DNA of 64,000 nucleotides from Atractiella rhizophila (taxonomy: Eukaryota): NCBI GenBank assembly GCA_021432655.1, contig MU271198.1:62001-126000 (forward strand), in the 5' to 3' direction. The translations under genes were made by a program, and so were the position numbers. The notes under the pieces were generated by a model. The model ran no database searches, was not told the origin of the DNA, and worked only from the letters and a program-made list of their open reading frames with translations. This document shows, piece by piece, positions 51,938-64,000 of this stretch; positions within the stretch are counted from its first letter, which is position 1; the number at the start of each line of letters is the position of its first letter.

Positions 51938-53301
51938 ATGTCTGGTCGTAACGACCCTTTCAGTGGTTTTGATGCTAGCGATATCACAATACAAGAGCAT
52001 CACGACGTTTATTCAGCTATTGATCCCCGTCAATATGCCTCTGACGCGTTCAAGGACCAAGTCGTCATTGTAACTGGCTCGGGGCGAGCGATCGGTCGCT
52101 CTACTGTTCAAGCCTTCGCTTCCTTGGGTGCAAAGGTAGTGGTGAATGGCCGCTCCGCATCTGAAGTCGAGAAAACGCGTGATGAGATCATTGAGCAGTA
52201 TGGACCAGACAAGGCGATCGCAGTTGTTGGAGATTTAACCAAGAAGGGAGAGTGTGAGAGATTAGTGAAGGAGACAACGGATAAGTGGGGCAGAGTTGAT
52301 GTGCTTGTCGGAAATGCCGGAATGGCTGATTGGGTGGAGTTCAAATACTCGACTTCGGATGGTGAGTACCTGTCTGGATCAAAACCTTTTAAAATCTAAC
52401 CCGCTGCATCAGATTGGTGGTATATTATGGAGATCAATCTTGTACGCTTTTCCATTCAATTGCTACTCCATTATTCACTTGCTTCCCTCAAAGCGTGTAC
52501 CCATCGATCTCACGCGACTTGTTCTGCCTGGGATGTTGCAAAGGAACTTCGGAAAGATTATTCTCACGACATCCAGAGCAGCTGCCGGAAACTTTCCCTT
52601 CACTTCCTGCAAGTTGTTTTTGTCTCCATGTAGCCCAAGTATTGACATCCCTAGAGCATATAACGTCTCTAAAACTGGTTTGGTACGATTTGTCGGCTCG
52701 GTGAAGAACGAAATCAAAGATTCCGCCGTCGAGATCTTTGCCATGCATCCAGGTGAGTGTTTAACGACCCAGACTGGAAGAATCAAGTTTTAACCGGGCA
52801 TGTAGCAAGCGTTGGTGATAAGTCAGAGTTCGTGATTGAATCCCTTCTCCGTCGTGATGCGAATTGAAAAGAGGATTTGGTAGTTCCAAGTTAGGAGACA
52901 TTAACTACATCACGACGCCTGAGAATAGAAAAAGGAGCCCTCAGCTTGTGGAGTGGATCACCAAGTTCTTTCCCATGCTCATCGACACTCCGACGCTGCC
53001 CGTTCGTCGTTCCTTGTTTTTCTAGCTCATCTAAAATGCAGAACTAGGCATGGACTGCTGTGTTCCTCGCCAGTGGGAAGGCGGCAAAGCTCAACGGACG
53101 TTATATCGACTCCAATCACGACATTGGACAAGTGCTAGAACATTTCGACGACGTCCAGAAAAGACGATTGGTACGGGTCATTTCCTCCCCTTTAACCAAA
53201 TGGTAATTGTTTCGCAGTATGATCTCAAGATTGATTTCCTGAAGACGACCGGTGGACACCTCGAAAGAGACTCTCAGACGAAGAAGAACGCAACACTATG
53301 A
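51938..53301 (+). CDS. Short-chain dehydrogenase/reductase
   Basis: VVIVTGSGRAIG, VDVLVGNAG, YNVSK (YxxxK), FAMHP, LNGRYID. Confidence 0.9.
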
Positions 53302-53528
53302 AGTACCCTTTGATGTGAATGCTGAGAGTACAAGGATTCGGGTATTATCCAAGGTCGTTTGTTAACGGTGCGGTAATGGTACAACATCAAAACATAGCAG
53401 TGGGAAGCTCTTTCACATGAACATAGATATTCGGTGACTGCAATCGATGTCGCGACGAAATCATTTCCGGTTTGAGCACTTTTTCCCACCATCACTTCCC
53501 AACTCACAATCGAGGTGATGGCACTACA

Positions 53529-56353
53529 TCACATTGGCCCCACACAACTTCGTAGTAGAACTCAGGCTCACCTTTGTGCAAGGAATCTACGGACAGATAA
53601 TGATGGTCAAAACAAAACAGACTACTGTGACCTAACATACCTTTGGAGGTTCTTTGCATAGCTTAATGTCAATATACCCTTTACCTGGAATCGATCGTGA
53701 GCGTTCGAAGTAGAATGAAATGTATACTCGCAAGCTCGCTCGCGACACCGTCTACATGTCCGTGTCCGTTTATGGGCATTGTCTCTGCTCTTAGTACCCT
53801 TCAAAGACTGAGGGTTTTTGATACAGCCACGACCTTCGTCGGCACCTAAGCACTGCTCGTTCAACCTGATTTCTACCAGACTACAGAGGTACACTCACCG
53901 AGAGGACAGTCCTCAAGCCCACCGCAACGCTTGCAAGGAATTTTTGGCTTTTCAGGGCACAACAAGATGTCTTTGTGACCCAAACAGTCTGGCCGTTTAC
54001 AACGTCGGCAGCGGGGAGAGGCGCGGTGTCCTCGGCGCTTTTGAGAAGAAGAAGTGTTTTCTGCTGATGCTGGGAGTTAGGAAGGACCCAGGTACATGAA
54101 AAGCCTACCTTCGTCGTCGTAGGGTACGATCTCACCAGGGCTGTCGATTGTAACATGGTGTGAAACCGGAACGATAGCAGAATCTGTCAGTTCTGCCAGT
54201 AATGAACCTGTCTGAACAAAAGAAGGAGCGCGATCGAGAAGGTTGGCAGAACCTCCCTTAAATTGGAGTTCGACTCCCCACCTGGTACAGTTTGCCTCAA
54301 AGTCTCTTTAGAGCAGGTCAAAAGCTCACTGCCATGTTTGCCTTCTCGCCTTCTCAGATTTGGGCTCAAATTTACCAACTAAATCCTCCATAATACTTCC
54401 GAGCGAGCTACGCTTTGATCAGCCAGGAATCAATGGAGTTTTATTTGGCAGACTGACTTGACCCATTCAGGGAGGGAAAGACCGAACCAGGCCGCTGGCT
54501 GAAGCGTGCGATAGAGTATAAACACGTTTTCCAGCCTATTCATGACACCTTCCTCGCTCATGTCATCGCTTTCATAGACGTAGGACTGAAAAAAGAATTT
54601 CTCCCCAGGTAACGAGTCGACCGTCCGAATAACAGAGAAGAAAACCAGGTAACATAGTCTCTTCACATCCGTGAACTGTCGCCCTCTTTGAGCGCACATT
54701 ACAAAACGAGAAGAATTCAACTGACAGCAAGTGTCTGGTGGCATATTTCAGCTAGCTCTGAGATGCCATGCTTGACTCGTGTTTGATAGCTCTTGAAGGC
54801 TCCTCCGTTCGATGGGAGACGAGAAAGTGAATGGGTCGAGAGTCGGCACACGCTCCGGTAAGCAACTGTGACTGCTCCAAACAGTTCTATCTTGCTCGAC
54901 GCAAATAGATCCGCTTGGTCGTCTTTTCGGTTCTGGGTCTGGCGACGAACGATCCACTCTCGATAGAGATCACATTCCTCCAGAAATTTGTTGGTAATTG
55001 GCATTGCCTCTTCTAACGAAAGGGCTTCAAGCTCCAATTCTGATAAAAGCTTTGAATACGAACTTCTGCGCTGATACAAAACTTACCAAGGAGAAGCGCC
55101 GATCGGCGTAGTGTTAGTGCACTGATGGGGAGAATACGTGCTAAATGCATAGCCTCTGCATCAATGTGCAGCTCGATATTGGGTCGAATATTGTAGTAAA
55201 GGGTAGGGGGAGTCCTCGTCGAGTGCGAAAAAATAGACACGATGTCGCCTTTTGTCCTTATAACATTTTCTCATATGTACACCATTAATAGTGAATGGTC
55301 ATACAAAAGTGGCTCCTTGCGAGCCCTCACAGCTAATTCAACGTCGATAGACTGCTATCGTGTCAGATAGTTTGAAAACAAAGCCAGACACCTTACCCAA
55401 ATCATTGCGCCAACTAAATCGACAACTGCAGCTCGGTGCTCAGGGTAAGGCATCATGTCGAGAATGCACTTTAGCCCTTCTATAGATGACTGGAGTATCG
55501 TTCGTAACATAGGAATGTCTTCTTCTTTACTAGCTAATAAACCATTATCAATACAACGAGCGCCCTAAGGTTGATGAAGATACCAGGTGTGCACACCCTA
55601 ACTACTTCTGTGACGGAGCATGAACGTTGTGTGACCGTTGACAAAATGTAAAGAAGCAGAAAACGAACCGCTAGTAATCAAGAGACCAAAGATACCCGTT
55701 TCAAGTACAGAAAAAACACTTGGCTTAAGCGAATATATTGTCTTCAATAGATGCTCCGTAAGGGTCATGCAAAAGGCGGTTCGCCCAGCTCCAAAGGCGC
55801 TCCTGCGTATATTCATAAATGTCGGAATCAATTAGGGGGATTGCTCAACAGGTCATCTCCGGGTATCAACGAGGCAGGAGGAGAGAGACCCGTGATGGTG
55901 GGATGAGACGTAATCCAAGCTCCCATCGTGGCATATATTAGGAGTAGAGTGTCCCAGAGCTCCTTTTTGCAGCGAGTGCCGGAGGTCGATAAATCCAATG
56001 CGCTGGAAGGCATGAATATTTGCGGAAACATATGAATGGGAGCTGCTGGTCCTATTCGAGCGAATGGATCGGGTACAATGGGGGGCGACCAGGATTGCTC
56101 AAGAACGAGGCGTAGGAAGTTGGGGTACATGATGCAGATGGAAGACACCGGCCGCACACGAAAATAATCTACCGGAAGGTCAATCACATTCCTAAAAGAA
56201 GTTAGTCTCACCTTCTATGAGTGATGCCTGCAGCGCGTTTTTCAATGTGATACTAGTCAGTCTTGACGAGGTGCTCGAGGGCTTCAGCTGGGACGATTTA
56301 GCCTCCCTACGCTTGATGGCATTGCTGATCCTGTGTGAAATGTCAGAAGGCAT
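53529..56353 (-). CDS. Hypothetical multi-exon protein with a Cys-rich C-terminus (3' end uncertain)
   Basis: Open first exon MPSDISHRISNAIKRREAK...; consecutive ORFs that I checked join through ~45-55 nt GT-AG introns; the C-terminus reads CLGADEGRGC...RTCRRCRERAC. No family recognised. Confidence 0.5.
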
Positions 56354-57051
56354 TTTCGAAGACTGACAAATTGTTGAACAGGAACATGGGTTTTATGCTG
56401 AGATTCGCCACCTAGGTGGTGGATGACACATCATTATCGATGCATTATCACTAAGCCAACATTGTGGATGATCCAGAAAGAAATATCCTGATATGTTATT
56501 GATACAACTTGAACATGTCCTGTCTGTTTACAGTGATCTCACATTTACTGAGGACCATGACAACGAATATCATCGCCCCCTCAACAGCCTTAACCCTTGT
56601 GTCCTCTGATATGGAAAGACATAGCTTTATGGCTGTTAGGTAAGGATATGCGCGATTTCATGAGCAAGGATTATCATAATCACTATGTTGTAAGGACAGC
56701 ACAGCCACATTAATGCAAGAAGACTTACTGGGAGGAGCTTATCATTCTAGCATTTCACCACAAAAAACGGAGAAACACAAGCTATGGCTAAAGTTAGGAT
56801 GGGGGCTTGGTTAATTCAACAGAATTAAAAGTGAAAGTAAACTCAATGTCCCGCTCAATGCTCTTTTTTTTGTGATGCGTTCAAGGTTCGGTACAAGATC
56901 TGTTGTAAAGATAGATGTTCCCTAAATTTTAGATAATTCGCGATAACATTCTCGTAGAGAACTGAAGGCTAGAGGGGTGAGCTCGATGTTAAAATATCCT
57001 TGCAATTCAGAGCTGTTACAAAGATGAGCGAAAATATGCAGTTACTCCTGC

Positions 57052-60000
57052 TCAAACCTCCGCAACACCGTCCTCATTCACATCCATCTCTTCATCTCCA
57101 TCGGTCGTCAATTTCACCATCTTGCTCTTGTGAATATCTCCCTTATTCCGGCCAAATGAAGAATGGGAAGTGTCCAGGGGAGAAATGATCTTGATGGCTA
57201 TGTCGACAACGGAACGGACTCGAGCCGCCAGTGGTTGATAAGAAGACTCGACAGTCTGTGTTGTCATCTTAGACAAAGTAAACAAACAGGAAAGCCTTAC
57301 AAAATCCTCGATGCTAATGTCCGCTTTGTGATTGTCCAGCCAAACCCGAATCTTTGGGATGGTGCCTTGCTCTTCACTGCGCTTCACCAGTTCCTTCCCG
57401 TTGGCCTTCTCTCCAGGAACATGGTCAACAAACTTCTCCTTCTCCTCGCCTTCTTCAACTTTTGTATCCTCACCCATTTCTTCTTGCTCTTGCTCTTCCG
57501 TCTCTTGTCCAGGGATGAATATTTCGACGGACGAGAAATGTGCAGAGAGGAAAGCTATCAGGCGGTCTAAGCGGCTCGAGAGTGTTTGGGAGAAAATCGC
57601 GCTTTGCTCTTTCTCAGTTGCAGTCGGCGGTGGAGAGTCCGGCTCAGCATGGGCATGGCGATGAGAGGTGACTGTCATGACACGGTCTTCAGTTTCAAAG
57701 AGGGACTAATAGGAATTGTGCTTACGTTTGATTGACGCTGGGGATTCTGGTATCCGAAGAAGCAGAGCCATGACTGAATCCGCAATCATGTCATTCAGGG
57801 AACTGCCAACCCATTGGATGCTAAGAATGTCATTCGGATGGCTCTTGAGGTCAACAGTTTGCATGATCTGTGAGGTAATTCAATAGAATGTCTGGAACTG
57901 AGCAAAAGACTTACTCTCATGGTAGGAAGTCCAGCATCGTCTATCCCTTCGTCTACTCGTCCATACATCCCTCGAAGATGCCATTTCACTAGTTCCCATC
58001 CCACACCAAGGTTCAGGGTTTGTCGCTGAAGGATTGTAGTAGTAGTGAGGCCAGTGAACTCTTTTAGATCTTTCGGATCGATAAGGGTGTAGCTGAAATC
58101 CTTTTGCACCAAAAGACCGGAAAAAGTTTTGCCTACTTCAGGGACAGTATTCGAGGCGAGAGTACCAATTGCCTGTTCTTCTTCAGGATTTAAGACATAG
58201 CCAGGAGAAATAGGCGAACCTTGGCTATTCGCTCATCATTAGCGAAGTTGAGCTTGAGAGGCTCTACATTTTTTGGACTATGAATATGAATATCATCTTT
58301 CCTTTCCGCGTACTTGTCCTTTAGAGCGGCTTTCAATCGATTCATAGTATTCAATTCGCCATGCACTAGAACCTGTAGTTGCCTCAGCACTAGATCGGCG
58401 AGTGTTAACGAAACGAACGAGATGTGTTGGAAGCACTTCGTCAATGAATTTAGCATTTTGGCTGTAATCCACGTGGGCAGAGAAAGAAATGTATTCTATG
58501 CTAAGTCGACGTGGTATGCGCTGACCTTTCAAACCTGTAATCTCGTCCGGCTCGTTCAAGATTTGCTGTTCACAGGAATCGGGGTGTTGTCATAAAGTGC
58601 AGAAGAGTTAAAGAAAACCTACATGAGCAAGCGTTCCAGCGACCGAGTATCCAGTCATGACGAGGCCATTTTTCTTGTCTGGCGCCCATTTCTCCAGGAG
58701 CTCTCTTGACACTCCATCTTGTAACATTCCTGGGCTCGCGATCACCACGCAAGGCCTATTCTCATCAATTCTTTCCGTGTTCTTCAACAGTCTCACAAAC
58801 CGATTCCTTTCGAAGGCGAAGGGATTCTCTCCTCGAGCAAAGCGCGCACGAATAGACGGCGTCATGGTGTGGATGAACTTTTGGTAGACTTTGAGAGACT
58901 TTGACGCCAAAGAAGAGATGATGTAGATGGGGATGTGCTGCAGCTCTGGATGTGAAGTCCAATATTCGTCCAGCACGAGAAAGAGCTCCTGAGCTCGTCC
59001 GAGGGCGAAAACTGGCATGAGGACCTTGCCACCCCGCTTAAGGATTTGAGAGATTAAAGTCGTGAAACGTTGTTCCTTCTCCAGACGCGGTTGGACGGAT
59101 TGAGTGCTAGTCATATGTCAGCGGAAATCACATCAAGAGGGAAGGTGAAAGCAGGCATACCCATAAGTACTTTCGCAGATCATCACATCTACCTCCCCAG
59201 GCCGCCCAGTCCACCTCGCAGGGACGAGATGTCGATCTTCCTCTGTAGAATAGTCACCGGTATAAAGAATCCTCTTCCCTGCAATCTCAATCAAAAACAT
59301 CGCCGCTCCCAAGACGTGGCCCGCGTGGTAAGCTGTAAATCTGATGCCTCGATTAGGAATGAGAATCTCCTGGGAAAAATCGATGCCGTGAATTGAGTTG
59401 AAAGATGATTGGAGTTCGGATTCCGTAAATAGCAGGTCAGTTGAATTTGGTGAGACTCGAACGAAGTCCTGCATCACGAAACGATACACTGCTTTCGTAG
59501 GATGCGTCATGTACACCTTCCCTGGTCCATCTCGGAAGTTTGTCTGTGATACTTCGTGAGTTACACAGGCAGTTGACGAGTGAGAACAACGCACCTTCTC
59601 CATAACATAGGTCAACGAGGCAGCATGGTCAACATGAAAACTGATTCAATTGATTAAGAGGGAGGGATGACGCGAAAGACGGTCAAACTGACTGTGTAAC
59701 AAGCAGAGCATCGACGGAGCTCCCTAATAGCCGAACAACTCAACCTTACAATGTGATGGTCAAGCTCAGGAGACTCACAGTCAATCTCGTCAATGAAAGC
59801 TGTATGGGGTAAAACAAATACATTGCATGGAAATCAGTCAGAATGTACACTGTCCACCTTATCCTCTCTCGAGATGCGGGAGCAAGAAACTCACGCAGAC
59901 TCCCAATTCCAGCATAAGCAGGGTGCACGCCTGCATCGCAGACTATTGTCCTTTCCTTGTACTTTATCACGCAACAACTCCGCCCCACCTCCTGGCCAGC

Positions 60001-60159
60001 TCCGAGCATGGTTATCTCCATCTCGTCCAAAGGCCCAGCAACAAGTCCACCAGAAGCCGTAACCGTTGCAACTGGAGACGTCCGTGGGGAAGGGGGAGGG
60101 GAGGAGTGTTTGCGTTTCATAGAAGCTTTTGGTGGGTTAAACTGAAGATTCGACGCCAT
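57052..60159 (-). CDS. YSH1: Pre-mRNA 3'-end endonuclease Ysh1/CPSF73 (MBL/beta-CASP)
   Basis: LGAGQEVGRSC, THFHVDHAASL, YHAGHVLGAAMF, YTGDYSTEEDRHL, PVFALGRAQEL, ASPGMLQ.G.SRELLE.W, SFSAHVD, LVHGE. Confidence 0.96.
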
Positions 60160-60407
60160 TATGTGAAATATTACAGGCAGTGCTGGGTTGGATGTCTACC
60201 TGACAAGCTCAATTTTATTGTCGTCGTTTTTGGTTTTTGGTGGCAGGAGGAAGTGAGTATAGCCGCACTTGAGCACAAATTCAACAATGTAGCATGTGTG
60301 GCTGGTTGGTTATCAGACCAACGAGATTCAGAATTTCTTGACGTTGTAGAGATACAGTACATGAAAATCTCCTTTAGCTCAGCTCACACTGTAACAAAAC
60401 AAACCCC

Positions 60408-62463
60408 TCAGTAATCTTCATCATCCATGACACTTCTCTGCTCCCTAAACCTCTTCTCTAAGCATGTTCACATCACGTCCAAGCCAAAACACAAACCTGA
60501 TAATCCAAAAAGTTGCTACACCTCCAATCCCCATCCGCGTCGTTCTTTCCTTTCAAATCGATGTCCTCGAACGACCAATCCTTACATGGAGCCTTCGACG
60601 AACACTCCAACTTGACCACCGAATCGGAGGTGCCCCATCCGGAGATGTTGGAGAAGTGGATGTCGTTCCAAGCGTAGGTTGAGGTGTTGGGTGAGATGGC
60701 GCCGAGGTAATGATTCCTACAACGAAAGTGACATGTCATTTAGTTATATGGAGTATGAGAGGAACAACGTGCGTGGATGTTAACCATATGGGCCTTTCGG
60801 CTCCTTCGATTCTCACATTCTTCACCGTCACGTTCCTCGACCATCCCGTCCCACCTGGGATATCATTGGTCTGAGATGCAGTATGTAAGGAAGGACGAAC
60901 CTCCTCCTCCATTAGGTGGATCACCGCGCCATTCTCCAATCCTATACATGCAAAGTATCAGTAACAGTGAGTCAATGAACGAATGAAAGCGCACCAAGAC
61001 TTGAAGTAGACTCCGTTGAAGAGCGGCACATCCCTTGAAGGCTTCATCTGCATCGCCAACAGCCAATATAAAGATGAAATATGGTGAACAGGACAGAGAA
61101 ACGAACATAGACATCTTCGATAACGATGTCGTCGATGATATCGACCTGTCATCCATCGAAGCTACGTAAGCATCTTCAGGCGGAAGGTACATTGACGGAG
61201 GCAGCTTACGATGCCGGGATATTGGCCAACACTTCCGAAAGCAATTCCAGGTCCTCCAATACAGGTTATGTTTCTGTGAACAAGCTTAATTGACCTGAAC
61301 TGATAAAGGAAGCAACCTCACTTCAATACCACATTCGTGCTATTCGCTTTAAAACTGATACAATCGTCTCCTCCTTCATACACAAAGTCTTCATACAATA
61401 CATCGCGAGACTGGTACGTGTCACTGCCAATAAAAATTATGGATGAGCAACAAGAAATACACTCCGAACGAGGAGACAAAGAATACCTTCCATCGGTATT
61501 GACGACCCAATTCCACCTATTCCTAATCGCCTCCTCATCGAAATTGGTAGCATTAACATAGATATTCTTAAACACAATCTTCTCCGACATCCATATGATC
61601 GTCGCCCAAAACTGCGGCTGGACGATCGAGAAATTGACGAGAGAAGCGCGCGTCGCATTCGTGTACGAGAGAGACATTGGCCTTCCAAATTTATTGGACG
61701 CCCCTCGGTTCCAGGTGTACCATGCTTGTCCTGTAGACCGAACACACAATAAGTACGGATGACTGCATGGAGGAGAGATGTTGGTGATGGCATACCGTTC
61801 CCGTCTATACCTCCCTTCCCGTGTCCGTCGATCACAAAATCGTTGCCGGTGACGTGCCAGGCTATGGATTGGTTTTGGAAGGGCAGGCGGTAGGAATTGT
61901 GGATCTACGACATGTACGAAGATCAGAATGTGCAATTATTAATAATAGAATGAAGCAGAAAGGTAAAGGGAAGGGGGGATACCCAATAGTCTAGATCGTC
62001 AGAGAACTCAAGCGTGCCGTAAATATCGACGGTTGCATTCTCGAGGTGCCATGTCATCCTCTGATTGATGTAGTACCTATTTCCATCTTCTTCAATACAT
62101 GTTTGTTGTATCACAACATCCAGGCAATACGAACCTCTCGTCAGGAAGCACGATCCTCGCCCCCTTCCCACACCTTTCTACAGCCTCCACCAACTTCGGC
62201 GCTGCATCCACGCCCTTTCCTGGGGAGTAGACGACGCAAGTGACGGGGTAGTCTGGTTCTCGATAGTACAAGAGATCCGTTTGGGTCAAGATGATGAGCA
62301 GAACCAATAGGGGTATGGCCCCGTATTTCGCATACCGGATGAGCTTGGCTTTTCTGCTCTCTCCTGCGGACTCGGATGGGCCTTTGGATGGACCTGGGCC
62401 TGGGAGCAGAGGAGAGCTTTCGTGCTCTTCTGGTCGTGGAGGGGGAGCTTTCGAGCTCGACAT
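60408..62463 (-). CDS. GH28 exo-pectinase-like protein (rhamnogalacturonase/RgxB-like) with N-terminal membrane anchor
   Basis: [69 protein letters not shown]. Confidence 0.88.
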
Positions 62464-62662
62464 TGTCGATGTCTTTCAAGGTCCCAAATGCAAAATGCGG
62501 GGTAGTTGGGATCACGGCCGGATAACCGACGTCGGATGGACGGTCGGGCAGTCGGGATGCTCCGCTCCGCTGGACTCTTCCCGACCACCACTCCCGCGGT
62601 CACGCAACACACACTCACTTCCATTGCGAGTATACCCAGGCGATACGCATCTGCAGTCGGAT

Positions 62663-63385
62663 ATGGCCACCGCCCCCATCCAACCAATCTCCCCATCCAA
62701 TCGTCCTCCCATCGTCGGCTCCTCTTCCGGACCCACACCTCCCTATCCCATCTTCCTCGAGGGAGAAGTGAAATCAGGTTTTGGACGGGGATCGAAGGAG
62801 CTCGGTTGTCCAACCGGTACGTTATTGGCGTACTCATCCCTGTTGTAGATCTTGATGAAATGCTTGATGATCGAAAAGCGAACCTTCCTGATGAGAGTTT
62901 CGAGAAGTATCAGGGGACGATGGACAATGGTGTATTCTGTGGCTTCGCTAAGGTTTTTGGGACTGGATCAGGAGAGGATACGGTACATGAGATGGTTATG
63001 TCTGTTGGATGGAATCCTTACTACAAGAACGAGAAGAAGACGGCGGTATGTCTTACTTTGTTGCTTTCCTTCATCGAAAAATAAATTTACTGAACGAGTT
63101 ATGACAGGAAGTACACATAATGCATGATTTCGGACACGATTTCTATGGCAAGATTATGAAGGTCATCGTGCTAGCTTACATTCGACCCCAATTCGATTAC
63201 GTCTCTAAAGGTTCACCTTCCTTATATTTCTAATTGGGTCCCATATCTGATGTCAGTGTACTGTAGAGGCACTTATCGAAGACATAGAGGTCGACAAGCA
63301 AGTGGCAACAAGGACGTTGGAGCAGGACGCGTGGAAGGAATTTGCGAAAGATAAATTCTTCGAGTCAGCGAGCGCTACAGCTTAG
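62663..63385 (+). CDS. FMN1: Riboflavin kinase
   Basis: [54 protein letters not shown]. Confidence 0.95.
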
Positions 63386-63664
63386 ACAGAAATGATATGC
63401 ACTAGAGTGTAATAGGTCTCCAATTCAAGAAAAAAATGGATGTTGTTGTTTTCTTCGCAATGTGATGTGCTGAGTAAGGCTAATTATGTTCGATGTCTGC
63501 TAAGAATACTGTAGCAGGTATGATTCAAGCTCTCAAGGCGCCCAGGTAAAGAGGAACATGATTTCAGGAATTAGGCGTTTCAGGGTACGACATATCTCTA
63601 CTATTTCACAATCTCAACCTACGCGTCGCGTCACCTCACGAGAGAAGACGCACCCATTCACAAC

Positions 63665-64000
63665 TCAAACCTTCACGTCATCCGCCTGCGTCGGTCTCTC
63701 CTTCTCCTTCTCCACCTCCACCTCACCCTCCAACACCGGCTTAACGACGCCAGCCTTCTGAAGTGCCTCCCTCATCTCACCCGACTGATGCATCGAAATC
63801 GCAATATCCGCCCCACCCACAAACTCCCCTCCCAAATAAAGCTGCGGAATGGTCGGCCAATCCGAATACTCCTTCACAGCCTGTCGAAGCTCGTCGTCGT
63901 CCAACACGTTGTAATGTTTAAACAGACTCTTGTCCTTCATCACCGCTGCATCCACCCCGTTCAGTTCGAGCACTTGACAGACGGCACGCGAGAAGCCGCA
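63665..64000 (-). CDS. GRX5: Monothiol glutaredoxin (Grx5-type), 5'-truncated by the window
   Basis: [11 protein letters not shown] at the window edge; [36 protein letters not shown]. Confidence 0.9.
   Translation of the reverse strand, partial: CGFSRAVCQVLELNGVDAAVMKDKSLFKHYNVLDDDELRQAVKEYSDWPTIPQLYLGGEFVGGADIAISMHQSGEMREALQKAGVVKPVLEGEVEVEKEKERPTQADDVKV

Overview
A gene-dense, intron-rich eukaryotic window with many ~45-60 nt spliceosomal introns, several micro-exons and GC-AG introns. It is fungal and most likely basidiomycete (inferred from intron style and protein content). About 32 protein-coding genes can be supported. Most are housekeeping: ATG10, LOG family, 2OG-Fe(II) oxygenase, PRCC-like, acyl-CoA dehydrogenase, aspartic protease, APRT, GH47+PA mannosidase, UDP-galactopyranose mutase, MSH4, uricase, NAA50, P5C reductase, RRP46, HMG-CoA lyase, DUF1996, a PARP-like ART + E2 fusion, RPL26, SDR, YSH1, GH28, FMN1 and GRX5. 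The less ordinary features are: a ~490 bp tandem duplication inside the acyl-CoA dehydrogenase gene; two adjacent TA-flanked TIR elements (candidate MITEs) at ~42.8-44.0 kb; a ~140 nt strand-biased stem structure between two convergent 3' ends (candidate ncRNA); two unusually long structured introns (NAA50, HMG-CoA lyase) with possible poison acceptors; and a type II membrane GH28 with a dileucine motif. CDS coordinates are gene spans including introns and were reconstructed by eye, so some ends are approximate. No rRNA, tRNA or CRISPR array was recognised.
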